From: an uncultured bacterium
Lineage (GTDB): Bacteria > Babelota > Babeliae > Babelales > JACPOV01
DNA: 64,000 nt
NCBI GenBank assembly: GCA_963744715.1
Contig: CAVUUR010000011.1
Coordinates: forward strand, 1-64,000
Direction of reading: 5' to 3'
Shown: positions 50,147 through 59,961 of the stretch, piece by piece
How the letters are laid out: each line of letters begins with the position of its first letter
Position numbering within the stretch: the stretch's first letter is position 1
The notes under the pieces: model-generated
What the model saw: only the letters and a program-made list of their open reading frames with translations
Told to the model about the DNA's origin: nothing
Databases searched by the model: none
Program-made: the position numbers and the translations under genes

Positions 50147-52042
50147 ATGCAAAAGCTGCAACAATATATAAAAAAAAGCATTGCATTAGGTCCACAAAAA
50201 ACAGTAAAAGTTATCCATAACAAAATTGCAACCCGTGTAACAGGTTGGTATTGGCGTAACCGTGCTTTACAAAAAAAAGCACATTGTTCTTGGGTGTGGT
50301 TGCAAAAAAAATATGCTCTTCCGGATATCTATTCTTTTTGTGCGCTGTTACGTCAACAGCCTATACCTCCTTTTTCATCAACGTTTTTTAAAACTCATGG
50401 TGATGATGCCGCATTAATAGAGCAAGCAGAATCATTAAAAAATTCTTGTTTTGAGCTGTTAGGTTCTGGAAAACAATGTTTTACCGAGATACCATGGCAT
50501 ACTGACTTTCGCCTTTCTCAGGGCATTAATGCACACTTTAATCCTGAATTATATTATAAAGAGTATATAATTACGCCGGGGTTAACCGAAGAATGTGTTA
50601 AGGATATTAAAATTCCATGGGAATTATCGAGATTTAATCATTTTTTTGTTCTAGGCAATGCTTTTCGAATAACTAATAATCCGGATTACGCACAAACATT
50701 TATGAAGCATAGTACTGATTGGATGGAAAAAAACCAATTTTTATTAGGGCCCAATTGGGTATGTCCGATGGATGTGGCAATCCGTGCACTTAATTGGATA
50801 TGGGGATTTTATTTTTTTAAAGATAGCTTAGAGGTTCCATCAGAATTTTGGCAGCCGTATATTTGTATGCTCTATGATCATATGATTTATTTGGAAAACA
50901 ATTGGGAAATTTATGATTCGCGCACTTCAAATCATTATCTTTCAGATTTGATTGGTTATTTTTATCTTTGTTATTTTTTTCAGAACCTTGCGGGCATGCA
51001 AAAAAAAGCATGGTGGTGTTATCAAGAGTTATTAAAAGAGTTTTATCATCAAATTTTTGCAGAAGGGACGAGTTATGAAGGTTCAACGGCCTATCATGGT
51101 TTGGTAACAGAAATTTTCTATCATTTTTCTATTCTTTGTACGGCATTTAATTATCCGCTTGATGAAGATTTTATGAATCGATTTAAAAGAATGATAGTGT
51201 TCATTAATGCGTGCACTACGCAACAAGGAATGCTGATTTGCATCGGGGATAATGATTCGGGAAAGATTTGTTATCCGGGCATTAAGCCAATGCTTGAGGA
51301 TAAATCTGTTAATAAAGAAATGATGCATTATTATGCCGAATTTGGGCTTTCAATTATTAAAACATCAATGTTTCATGTTACACTGCGCCATCATGCATAT
51401 ACTGAGAGGCAACCATCAGGACATTTTCATAGTGATATTGGTAGTGTTACGCTGGCCATTGATGGCATTGATGTTTTGGTTGATCCGGGTAGTTATGTGT
51501 ATACGCCTTCCGCCGTGTGGCGTAATCGATTCCGTTCAGTCACGATGCACAATACTTTTTTTCTTACCGATTGCCAACCGGTGCCATTAGATAATAATCT
51601 TTTTACCATGGCCTTACCGGCAGCAAAACCTGTAGCTTTCAATAGGGTATATGACGATAGGTATTATGCACAGGCAGAACATCGGTTGTATGAAAAAAGT
51701 CATGGCCTTATAGCATCGCGTGCTGTTGAGTGCAGTCAAAAAGAAAAAAAAGTCATAGTATCGGATTGGTGGCAATCAACAAGGCGTAATCAATGGATGA
51801 ATACGGTTCCAACATCATGGAACTTTATGCTAGGGCAATTGATTGAGCCGATTTATGATAATGGAAACATACTATTATTATACAATCAAAAGCCATTAGC
51901 CTTAATTGAATCAAGGTACGCTTTAAAAATTTGTGATAGTTTTGTTTCGTATTCCTACGGGACTAAAGTTGCCTGCAAAAAATTACACGCAAATCAATTA
52001 GCAGAAAAAGAAGTATATAGCAGTACCTTTACCGTATTATAA
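50147..52042 (+). CDS. Heparinase II/III family (alginate lyase-like) protein
   Basis: DIKIPWELSR, SNHYLSD, EGSTAYH, GDNDSG, GHFHSD, LVDPGSYVY. Confidence 0.88.
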   Translation: MQKLQQYIKKSIALGPQKTVKVIHNKIATRVTGWYWRNRALQKKAHCSWVWLQKKYALPDIYSFCALLRQQPIPPFSSTFFKTHGDDAALIEQAESLKNSCFELLGSGKQCFTEIPWHTDFRLSQGINAHFNPELYYKEYIITPGLTEECVKDIKIPWELSRFNHFFVLGNAFRITNNPDYAQTFMKHSTDWMEKNQFLLGPNWVCPMDVAIRALNWIWGFYFFKDSLEVPSEFWQPYICMLYDHMIYLENNWEIYDSRTSNHYLSDLIGYFYLCYFFQNLAGMQKKAWWCYQELLKEFYHQIFAEGTSYEGSTAYHGLVTEIFYHFSILCTAFNYPLDEDFMNRFKRMIVFINACTTQQGMLICIGDNDSGKICYPGIKPMLEDKSVNKEMMHYYAEFGLSIIKTSMFHVTLRHHAYTERQPSGHFHSDIGSVTLAIDGIDVLVDPGSYVYTPSAVWRNRFRSVTMHNTFFLTDCQPVPLDNNLFTMALPAAKPVAFNRVYDDRYYAQAEHRLYEKSHGLIASRAVECSQKEKKVIVSDWWQSTRRNQWMNTVPTSWNFMLGQLIEPIYDNGNILLLYNQKPLALIESRYALKICDSFVSYSYGTKVACKKLHANQLAEKEVYSSTFTVL

Positions 52043-52062
52043 AAGAAAGCAGATATCAGATA

Positions 52063-52914
52063 TTAATTGTCGGCCAGAATGCCGAGTTCATTGAGTGCTT
52101 TTTCGATCGGTTTATAATCTAAATTTCTGCATAACATGGGATACAGTCTTTGTTTGCGTAAATTTCTAGCCGATTCGATATTTGATTTCTGATCATCAAT
52201 GAATACCGTAACTTCCTCATCAGGATTTATATTATACTGTGAAAAAAGATGATTAAATATTGCATGATCAGGTTTCATACAATGAACATGGCCTGAAATA
52301 ACCATACCATCACATAATGAAAATATTTTTTTTAGTTTTTTATTAGTGCGTAAATATTCAAACGTTTCCGGGTCAAAATTGGAAAGAATAAAAATTTTAT
52401 GTACGCGGTTGCCGAATTCATCAACCTCTTTATAGCATTTTTTCAATAATTTTATACCAGCTTTAACAGGAATAATAGCTCTAGAAAATTTTTCTGGAGA
52501 GAAAATAATTGACGTACTTGCTTCAATTATGTTTAATTGCCAGCGCGTGCTAAAAAAATCCGCTTTTTGTATAAAGGCATCGGCTAAAATAGCCCGAATT
52601 TCTGCCGATGTTTTTAAGCCGCATTGCCAGTCGCACATAAGTTTAGGAAATATTAGTTTGTTGTTGAGAACAAAATAAGGAGTATCAAAACGGTGTGGTT
52701 CTATAAGATCGAGGAATTGAAATAACGTTTGATCGAGGCCGAATGGATTATAAAAGCCAATTATTTTAGATAATCCCAATTGCCACATAAAAGAAAGGCT
52801 GCTTCTTTGAAGTAATACCCCATCAAGATCAAAGATAATATTCGCAGATTGAGTTAATCCCTGAAAGGTCAAAAGAAAGAACAATGACAACGATGTTATG
52901 TGACGTTTAATCAT
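52063..52914 (-). CDS. HAD-superfamily hydrolase with signal peptide
   Basis: IIFDLDGVL, ILSN, KPD, FIDD. Confidence 0.88.
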   Translation of the reverse strand: MIKRHITSLSLFFLLTFQGLTQSANIIFDLDGVLLQRSSLSFMWQLGLSKIIGFYNPFGLDQTLFQFLDLIEPHRFDTPYFVLNNKLIFPKLMCDWQCGLKTSAEIRAILADAFIQKADFFSTRWQLNIIEASTSIIFSPEKFSRAIIPVKAGIKLLKKCYKEVDEFGNRVHKIFILSNFDPETFEYLRTNKKLKKIFSLCDGMVISGHVHCMKPDHAIFNHLFSQYNINPDEEVTVFIDDQKSNIESARNLRKQRLYPMLCRNLDYKPIEKALNELGILADN

Positions 52915-52967
52915 GATAACCTAATAATGTACGATTGTATAAAAACGTGTACTAATCCATCTTTAAC

Positions 52968-52996
52968 TAGTTTATCATGATGGTCGGGTATGTCAA
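52968..52996 (-). promoter_or_regulatory. Sigma70-like promoter
   Basis: TTGACA-N16-TAAACT with an extended TG upstream of the HAD gene. Confidence 0.4.
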
Positions 52997-53000
52997 AAAC

Positions 53001-53846
53001 TTATGAATTATTAGGCAGATAACCTGAGTTGCGAAGTTGTTTTTTTATGTATTTAAAGCCTTTTTTATATTCTTCTTGCTGACAAAGAATAACTTTGACA
53101 TTCTTACTGCGTTGTTTATTAAAAGTATCAATAGGATTGCAATAAATTTGTTCAGTTTCTATTACTATAGCATCGTTTAGATCAAGATTCGTAGTAGTCG
53201 TGAAGAAATGCTCATACAAGCCAGAGGTTTTTGTTTTATGAGTATCTCCCGAGATAATACAACTAGAAATATTGACAAAAATGTGGGGATACTTTGCCTT
53301 AAGTTTTTCTAACGTTTTTGGATGCCAATTTTCTACTATATAAATGGTGTGACCAGCATTTTTTAACTCTTGAAGTAATTGAATACCTGCAGGTATCTCT
53401 TCTAAAGAATCAGCATTTTTTTCAGGATCGAAAGTAATATTGGCGAGTGATAAAACGAAACTTTCATCACTTAGCTTTTGTTTTTTAATTTTTTCAGTAA
53501 TTAATGGCAGGAGGGGTTGATCACTAGGGTTGTTGATGAGATGTTTGCATATTGGCGAGGGTACTCTTTTACCATGCCAATTTAAAACAGGAGTCTGAGC
53601 TGTTGCGGGTTCAATATTATCTAAAATTTTAAAAAAACGATCTTGCATGTCCCAAGGGGCTGTTTCTGACGTAAAAAAAGATTTAACAGATTTTGAAAAT
53701 ATAGTACCTATACCTAACTCTTGTATTGCAGCAGCTTTATTTTCTTTAAAAAGAATGCCGTCGAAGCCTATAATAAAAGTTTCACCAGAAATTGATGTTC
53801 CGAGGAAGAATAGAGAAATGACAAGGTAAAACGTTTTACAATTCAT
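53001..53846 (-). CDS. Degenerate HAD-like protein with signal peptide, paralog of the neighbour
   Basis: IIGFDGILF, AGIQLLQEL, IISGD align with the neighbouring HAD; catalytic residues altered. Confidence 0.75.
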   Translation of the reverse strand: MNCKTFYLVISLFFLGTSISGETFIIGFDGILFKENKAAAIQELGIGTIFSKSVKSFFTSETAPWDMQDRFFKILDNIEPATAQTPVLNWHGKRVPSPICKHLINNPSDQPLLPLITEKIKKQKLSDESFVLSLANITFDPEKNADSLEEIPAGIQLLQELKNAGHTIYIVENWHPKTLEKLKAKYPHIFVNISSCIISGDTHKTKTSGLYEHFFTTTTNLDLNDAIVIETEQIYCNPIDTFNKQRSKNVKVILCQQEEYKKGFKYIKKQLRNSGYLPNNS

Positions 53847-53974
53847 GAAATGAGTCCTAAAAAGGGTAATAAACAATATATTCTTGATAAGAATTGTTAA
53901 GTTTAGCATAGGCATAACAAAAAGTAAAAAAAAATTAGGGAAGAATACCGTGGCGGTTACTGCTTTTTTATTAA

Positions 53975-54112
53975 TTATTGCTGGCTTGTCGTTTTTACTA
54001 TAGATTTTTGATATTTATAGGAACGTACATATACCGTATTGTGACTCACGTATATAAGAGCAGCAAGAAGCCCTAACTTTACCAATAAGGTTATTGGACG
54101 CGTTTGCTTCAT
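53975..54112 (-). CDS. Small 45-aa membrane peptide (below the ORF-track cutoff)
   Basis: GGTGAGG RBS then MKQTRPITLLVKLGLLAALIYVSHNTVYVRSYKYQKSIVKTTSQQ. Confidence 0.5.
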   Translation of the reverse strand: MKQTRPITLLVKLGLLAALIYVSHNTVYVRSYKYQKSIVKTTSQQ

Positions 54113-54300
54113 ATATTTTCCCTCACCTAATATTTCTTAAATAAATTACAGATAGATTATAATATTATTTAATGCTATTTGTATAGAGTTTGTTAATAAA
54201 TACGTTATTTTGGCATTTCTTATTATTTTTTTTAGTATCAGGAATCATTTTTTATTGAAATACCTATCTAGGTGCTATAAACTAACGCATAAGGTTAGCT

Positions 54301-54672
54301 ATGAATATATATCAAGAATTACTTATGGATCATTATCGACATCCACGCAATTGTGGCAAGCTTGAAAATCCTGATTTTTCAAGTGGAGATTATAGCCCCT
54401 CATGCGGGGATAGTGTTACTTTACAGGGCACTATTGCCGATCAGATCATAAAAAAGGTTGTTTTTACGGGAAAAGGCTGCGTAATAAGCCAAGCAACCGC
54501 CTCGCTGTTAACTGAATGGTGTATTGAAAAAAGTATTGGGCAAATAGTGGATCTTACCAAAGAAGATATTCAGAAAATAGTTGGAATGCCTCTTGGTATT
54601 ATGCGTATTAAATGTGCATTATTACCCTTAATAGCTTTGCAAAAAGGATTGTTAACGTACACCATGAAATAA
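54301..54672 (+). CDS. sufU: SufU/IscU-type Fe-S scaffold
   Basis: YQELLMDHYRHPRN, PSCGD, GCVISQA, RIKCA. Confidence 0.9.
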   Translation: MNIYQELLMDHYRHPRNCGKLENPDFSSGDYSPSCGDSVTLQGTIADQIIKKVVFTGKGCVISQATASLLTEWCIEKSIGQIVDLTKEDIQKIVGMPLGIMRIKCALLPLIALQKGLLTYTMK

Positions 54673-54697
54673 ATAATAGATAAAAAAGGGAGTTGCC

Positions 54698-55810
54698 GTG
54701 CTTGATCATGGTAAAGTTATACATGAATTGCAAAAACTTTCTGATAAACTTTTCATAAATATTAATAATGAATTAATGCATGCGGAATTATTATGGAGCC
54801 GCATTATTAATGACCCTCTTTTTGTTACTATAGCCAAAACTAAAAATGTGCCATTACTTATACCAACCTGGCAGGAAAAACTTGATACAATACACACTAT
54901 TAATAGGGATATAAAAAATTATTCCATTGTTGGTATTGATGGTTCTCAAATTTATCCAGATCGGCATCAAGGAACTGCGTGCTCATTAATTAACATTGGT
55001 TCAGTTTCATTATCGTATGGCAATGCTACTAAGGTAAAATTTTTATCAGAGCCATTTGTTTTGGTGCCCCATGAAGATGATGGCATTGTTTGGTCAATTG
55101 ATACCATTAATTGTCGGCGTCAAGAGCTTGAACTGAAAAAAGGGGTTGAATTAGCTGTTAATGGTGAGATTTCGATGCCAGTATTAATGTTATTTGATGG
55201 TTCATTAATTTTTTGGCATTTAGATCCCTATGATGATCAGGCCGATTATTATTTTTTATCATTATATTTGCAATCATTAGAATTATTTTTTCAACATAAT
55301 GCATTAGTTGCTTGGTATATTAGTTTGCCGCGTAGTAAAGAATTGGTGAATCTTTTAAAATTATCATTAATGATGGAACATAATCAAACAACGCCGCTTA
55401 AAGGAATTATTGATCACGTTTTAGATTGTCATGTTGCACGATTTTTTTTGGAGCACGGTACTCGTTCAACGGTATTTGCGCACCATGGTGCAATAACTAA
55501 ATATTATCCAGAGTATCTGAAACCATATTTTTTTTATATTCATGCAGGCCAAGAAATTGGACGCGTTGAAATTCCTGCATGGATAGCCTCTGATGAGAAA
55601 AAAATTGAATTAGTGGCAATGATTATCATGGATCAATTACTCAAAGGCAAAGGTTATCCGGTTGCATTGGCAGAAGCGCATGAACAAGCAGTAGTGAAAG
55701 GCCCTGATAGAGATTTTTTTTATCATCTTATTTATAAATGTGGATTCGAACGCAATGAAAAAATTGCTATTTCTCAAAAAAATGCAAAAAAAAGGAGAAT
55801 AGGAATATGA
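54698..55810 (+). CDS. nurA: NurA-family nuclease
   Basis: GIDGSQIYPDRH, FDGSLIFW, RVEIP, GYPVALAEAHEQAVV. Confidence 0.85.
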   Translation: MLDHGKVIHELQKLSDKLFININNELMHAELLWSRIINDPLFVTIAKTKNVPLLIPTWQEKLDTIHTINRDIKNYSIVGIDGSQIYPDRHQGTACSLINIGSVSLSYGNATKVKFLSEPFVLVPHEDDGIVWSIDTINCRRQELELKKGVELAVNGEISMPVLMLFDGSLIFWHLDPYDDQADYYFLSLYLQSLELFFQHNALVAWYISLPRSKELVNLLKLSLMMEHNQTTPLKGIIDHVLDCHVARFFLEHGTRSTVFAHHGAITKYYPEYLKPYFFYIHAGQEIGRVEIPAWIASDEKKIELVAMIIMDQLLKGKGYPVALAEAHEQAVVKGPDRDFFYHLIYKCGFERNEKIAISQKNAKKRRIGI

Positions 55811-55910
55811 TGTTCTAAATATTTTTTTTGACTATTGTGCGTATTTTTGTCATCATAAGAAAACAAAAAAAAGAGCGGTTATTTACATATTTTTATCAGG
55901 TAAAGTTACT

Positions 55911-56744
55911 ATGAATAAAATTAAATTTAATTTAATAGTTATGATTTTTACATCGCTTTTTATTAGTGATATTAATGCAAATTTTTTTTCGAGTTGGTTT
56001 ATACGTACACCTAAAGCATTTGTTGGATTTGTTTTTACCTATATTCGTAAAAAATGGTCCCCCGTAATTTGGCGTGAAGAATTTGAGGCATCGGAAATAA
56101 AATTTAATTCCGCGCAAGCTTTCATGAAAGAAGAATTAAAGCAACAAGTTGTTTCGGGCTTTGTATTATTAAATGGACAAATTGGAGAACAAAATAAAAA
56201 TATAGATGATGTTCGAATAAATCTTGAAATGCTTCAAAAAACTATGTTCTTAGGTCACAAGGCAATTAAGGAAAAAATTCAAGAATTAGGTGAAGATTCC
56301 ACAAAAAAAATCAAAGTTTTGATAGAACACAATACAAGAGAAACAAAAGCCCAACTTACGCATGAAAAAAGAATATTTAGAAAAAGACTTCATGCAATAA
56401 TAGCTCTAAAAAGGAATATATTGAAAGCACAACAAGATACACAGCAACAATACACTACGATAATGAGCCAATTGAAGCAAAAACAAGGTGAAAGCAACGA
56501 CCTTAAAGCAATTGTTCAGGGACAATTACAGGGCATGCGTAAAATAGAAGAAGAACTCAATCAGTTGCAAAGCTATTTTAATGTGAATAGTCGAGATTCT
56601 ATATTTGATAAGCCACAAGTAGTTCAAATTTGTTCTAGCGAAGGTCAAATAAGAACAAGTAGTAGTAACATGACAAAAATTTTAAATACAAATCATTCAA
56701 TATGCCCTCAATTAAAGAACAATCAAGGATATGGTTATGCATAA
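55911..56744 (+). CDS. Exported or membrane coiled-coil hypothetical protein
   Basis: Signal ends INA, short hydrophobic patch, heptad-rich body. Confidence 0.7.
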   Translation: MNKIKFNLIVMIFTSLFISDINANFFSSWFIRTPKAFVGFVFTYIRKKWSPVIWREEFEASEIKFNSAQAFMKEELKQQVVSGFVLLNGQIGEQNKNIDDVRINLEMLQKTMFLGHKAIKEKIQELGEDSTKKIKVLIEHNTRETKAQLTHEKRIFRKRLHAIIALKRNILKAQQDTQQQYTTIMSQLKQKQGESNDLKAIVQGQLQGMRKIEEELNQLQSYFNVNSRDSIFDKPQVVQICSSEGQIRTSSSNMTKILNTNHSICPQLKNNQGYGYA

Positions 56745-57642
56745 GGTATGCTACAAGCTTTTTTTTGTTTTCGTTATTGTAACAAATTTGCGCATTAATG
56801 CAGGTGGTGAACCGCTGCCTATAACTAGTGAGCAAGTAGTAGAAATATTTCATGAAGAATTAAAAAAATCACAGCAAGTGAGTTTGTGGCAAAGGATTAT
56901 TAATTTAAAAGTAATTATGGGAGTAAGTGGATTAGGAGTTGCTTTTTATATATGGTACAAACATCCTTTCAGTACGGCTCATGATCTAGAAGAAATGGAT
57001 AAAAGAAAAGAGCAAAAACTTAGTGACGGTGCTCAGTTCATTAAGGGCATTCTTGATGAAGAACTTGGTAACAGCCAGAGAAAAAATTTGGAAATTACTG
57101 GAAAGTTACAAGGTTTGAACGAAAATATTGAGACCTTGCAGCAAGATTACGATGCTCAGTGTCTTGACACTGAAAAGATGATTAAAGATGTTTCGCAAGG
57201 TATCGAAGCGGGTTACGAGCAACTTACCAGTACATTAGAAATTAATGATTTGAGCTTGAAGGTAAATAGTATTCGACACAATCGGGCATTGAATAAAGTC
57301 ATCACATCTTTAACCAGGTTGATTAATAAGAATCAGCAGGATAATAAAAGTTTACTTGAAGATCTCAAAACTAAATCTGAATTAATACTGGATGATGAAG
57401 TAACTAAGCTTATAAAAGAAACTGAGGGAACAAAAGAGCGGATATTAGAAAAGACAAATGGATTAAAAGGAAAATTTAATTTATTAAAAAATCAAACAAT
57501 AACTACCACTACAAAAAAAAATAAAGTTAAAAAAACCTTGGCGATGGTTGAAAAAATGAAGACTGATCATTTTAATTCTTTTGCAAATCAAGCTTCAGTT
57601 AACTTTTCTACTGGGACCATCAAAAAGTTAACTGATAAATAA
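56731..57642 (+). CDS. Exported or membrane coiled-coil hypothetical protein
   Basis: Signal ends INA, TM VIMGVSGLGVAFYIWY, heptad-rich body. Confidence 0.7.
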   Translation: MVMHKVCYKLFFVFVIVTNLRINAGGEPLPITSEQVVEIFHEELKKSQQVSLWQRIINLKVIMGVSGLGVAFYIWYKHPFSTAHDLEEMDKRKEQKLSDGAQFIKGILDEELGNSQRKNLEITGKLQGLNENIETLQQDYDAQCLDTEKMIKDVSQGIEAGYEQLTSTLEINDLSLKVNSIRHNRALNKVITSLTRLINKNQQDNKSLLEDLKTKSELILDDEVTKLIKETEGTKERILEKTNGLKGKFNLLKNQTITTTTKKNKVKKTLAMVEKMKTDHFNSFANQASVNFSTGTIKKLTDK

Positions 57643-57668
57643 TATAGAATTTTTCATAATACAGTAAT

Positions 57669-57701
57669 AAAAAAGCCCAGAAAAAAATTCTGGGCTTTTT
57701 T
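57669..57701. terminator. Bidirectional Rho-independent terminator
   Basis: AAAAAAGCCCAGAA-AAAAA-TTCTGGGCTTTTTT between convergent genes. Confidence 0.88.
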
Positions 57702-57744
57702 GTTTACTAAGAAGTTACTTTGGAGATAATGAGCTTATTTTATA

Positions 57745-58881
57745 TTATCCCAAAAATTTTTTGAAAAAACCTTTGAGAGTTCCTTCATTATCATTAGTTG
57801 CGGTACCAATGAATTCAGAATACTTTTTAAGAGTTTCGGTTGCTTCCGGTGATAATTTGTTTGGAATGTGGCATTGCGTAATAATTACCCAATCACCAGT
57901 TTTTTTGGTGGCCAGATTATAAAAACCTTTTCCCGATAATACAATGCGGTGGCCAACGGCACAACCTTTTGGAACTTTAATAGTTTCCTTGGTGCCATCG
58001 ATACTTTCAATATCCAATTGTGCACCAAAAACTAATTGTGGGTAGGTTAGCATAACCGTACATTCTAAATTATTATCAACGCGTTTGAATGTTTTATCGG
58101 GGGTAATGTGAATTTTGACATAAAGATCACCCGAGCCTCCACCAAAAACACCAGCGTCACCTTGTTTGCTAATGCGCAAATCTGCCCCATCAAATATTCC
58201 TTTAGGAATAGTTGGGGTAATTTTTTCAAATTTTTGAACACGAGATTGTCCGCCGCATGTTTTGCAGGGTGATGGGATGATAAAGCCCTCACCGGCACAC
58301 GTTCCGCAGGTTTGGCTGAAGGTGAAAAAACCTTGTTTGAATTGTTGCTCACCGGAACCATGGCAGGTTGGGCACATTTCATAGTTAGTGCTTGGTTGCA
58401 ATCCTTTTCCATGGCAGGTATCACAGGTTACAAAATGGTAATAACTTATTTCTTTTTTAACACCCAAAAAAGCTTCTTTAAGGGTAATGGTTATTTCTTT
58501 AGAAAGGTCATGCCCTTGTTTTGGTTGTGGACCGGTTGCTTTTCGTTTGCGGCGTGATCGTTGGCCTTCCCCAAAAATTGAACCAAAAATATCCCCAAAT
58601 TGCCCAAAAATATCTTCCATGTTAACATCGTGGCTAAACCCACCCATATCTTGGGTTCCGGCGTCACCAAATTGATCGTAACGTTGGCGCTTTTCTTTAT
58701 CAGAAAGAACTTCATAGGCCTGGGTCGCTTCTTTGAATTTATCTTCAGCTTGTTTGTCACCTGGATTGCGATCCGGATGATATTTTAATGCTAATTTTCG
58801 ATAAGCAGCTTTAATATCTTGTTCGCTTGCGGTACGGGGAACGTCAAGAATTTCATAATAGTCTTTTTTGTTATTATTCAT
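57745..58881 (-). CDS. dnaJ: Chaperone DnaJ
   Basis: J-domain HPD, G/F region, four CxxCxGxG-type repeats. Confidence 0.97.
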   Translation of the reverse strand: MNNNKKDYYEILDVPRTASEQDIKAAYRKLALKYHPDRNPGDKQAEDKFKEATQAYEVLSDKEKRQRYDQFGDAGTQDMGGFSHDVNMEDIFGQFGDIFGSIFGEGQRSRRKRKATGPQPKQGHDLSKEITITLKEAFLGVKKEISYYHFVTCDTCHGKGLQPSTNYEMCPTCHGSGEQQFKQGFFTFSQTCGTCAGEGFIIPSPCKTCGGQSRVQKFEKITPTIPKGIFDGADLRISKQGDAGVFGGGSGDLYVKIHITPDKTFKRVDNNLECTVMLTYPQLVFGAQLDIESIDGTKETIKVPKGCAVGHRIVLSGKGFYNLATKKTGDWVIITQCHIPNKLSPEATETLKKYSEFIGTATNDNEGTLKGFFKKFLG

Positions 58882-59008
58882 ATGCACATTCTTTGTTTTA
58901 TTTGTATGATAAACGAGATGTTTAAACTAAATTACCTATTTGTAGTAATATTATAGCATGAAATTTAATAAGCAGAAAGATGGAGGGTATAAAGAGTTTT
59001 TGGGCTAG

Positions 59009-59935
59009 CTACGCTATTTCCTGTGTTTCTTGTAGGAGCATTGGATATTGTGTAAGAACTTTGTGCCATTTTGAGCAATCTGCTGATGAGTACATAATAT
59101 CACCGGATCGTGCAGGTTGAAAAATAATGCCGGCAGTAAAATGGGGGAACCCTTCCTTTAATTGATCAACCAATTGTAATAAGGTAATACTATTGCCGGT
59201 AGCAATATTGAAAATTTCACCTTGTGTGGATAATAAACCGGTTACCATATTAGCAAAAACAATATCACTAACATGAACAAAATCACGTTTTTGTAAGCCA
59301 TCGCCATAAATAGTAATGGGGTTATTTAATGCCATATTTTCTCTAAAACGGGGAATAACTGCCGCATATGATCCATGAGAACTTTGCCGTTCTCCATATA
59401 CATTAAAGTAACGCAAAATGACGGTTGATAAAGCATGCGTCGTTGCGTAATGTTGGCATAGGAGTTCACCTATGCGTTTGGAATGGCCATAAGGAGAGGT
59501 TGGCATGCAGGGCATTTGCTCTGAGCAAGAAGTTTCCTGAAAACCATATACGGCAGATGAAGATGAAAACACGACATTATGTACCATATTTTTTTGTGCT
59601 GCTTGTAAGATATTAAGAGTTCCTATGACGTTTGTTTTATAACAATCATCTGGATTTTGCATTGATTGTGCCACAGAAATACGTGCAGCCACATGAAAAA
59701 TAATCTGTTGATTTTTAGTGGCGGAAAGACAGGTATTGGGATCATGTATAGATCCGTGAATAAAGGTTATTGATTTTTTTACGCGTTCAAGATTATTTAA
59801 AGAGCCGGTTGAAAGATCATCAAGGACGGTAACCTGCGCGCCGAGATCTACTAATTTTTCTGTTAGATGGGACCCAATAAATCCAGCTCCGCCAGTAACT
59901 AAAATCGGTTTTTTTGTATAAAATGCTTCCATCAT
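59009..59935 (-). CDS. NAD-dependent sugar epimerase/dehydratase
   Basis: TGGAGFIGSH, SSSAVYG, YGHSK, RYFNVYG, GDGLQKRDF. Confidence 0.93.
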   Translation of the reverse strand: MMEAFYTKKPILVTGGAGFIGSHLTEKLVDLGAQVTVLDDLSTGSLNNLERVKKSITFIHGSIHDPNTCLSATKNQQIIFHVAARISVAQSMQNPDDCYKTNVIGTLNILQAAQKNMVHNVVFSSSSAVYGFQETSCSEQMPCMPTSPYGHSKRIGELLCQHYATTHALSTVILRYFNVYGERQSSHGSYAAVIPRFRENMALNNPITIYGDGLQKRDFVHVSDIVFANMVTGLLSTQGEIFNIATGNSITLLQLVDQLKEGFPHFTAGIIFQPARSGDIMYSSADCSKWHKVLTQYPMLLQETQEIA

Positions 59936-59961
59936 GTACCCCTTTTTTATTTTTTAATACG

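Noticed and set aside
58888..59008. CIRCE element upstream of dnaJ (also checked upstream of the Hsp20-like gene)
   Set aside because: No TTAGCACTC-N9-GAGTGCTAA match seen
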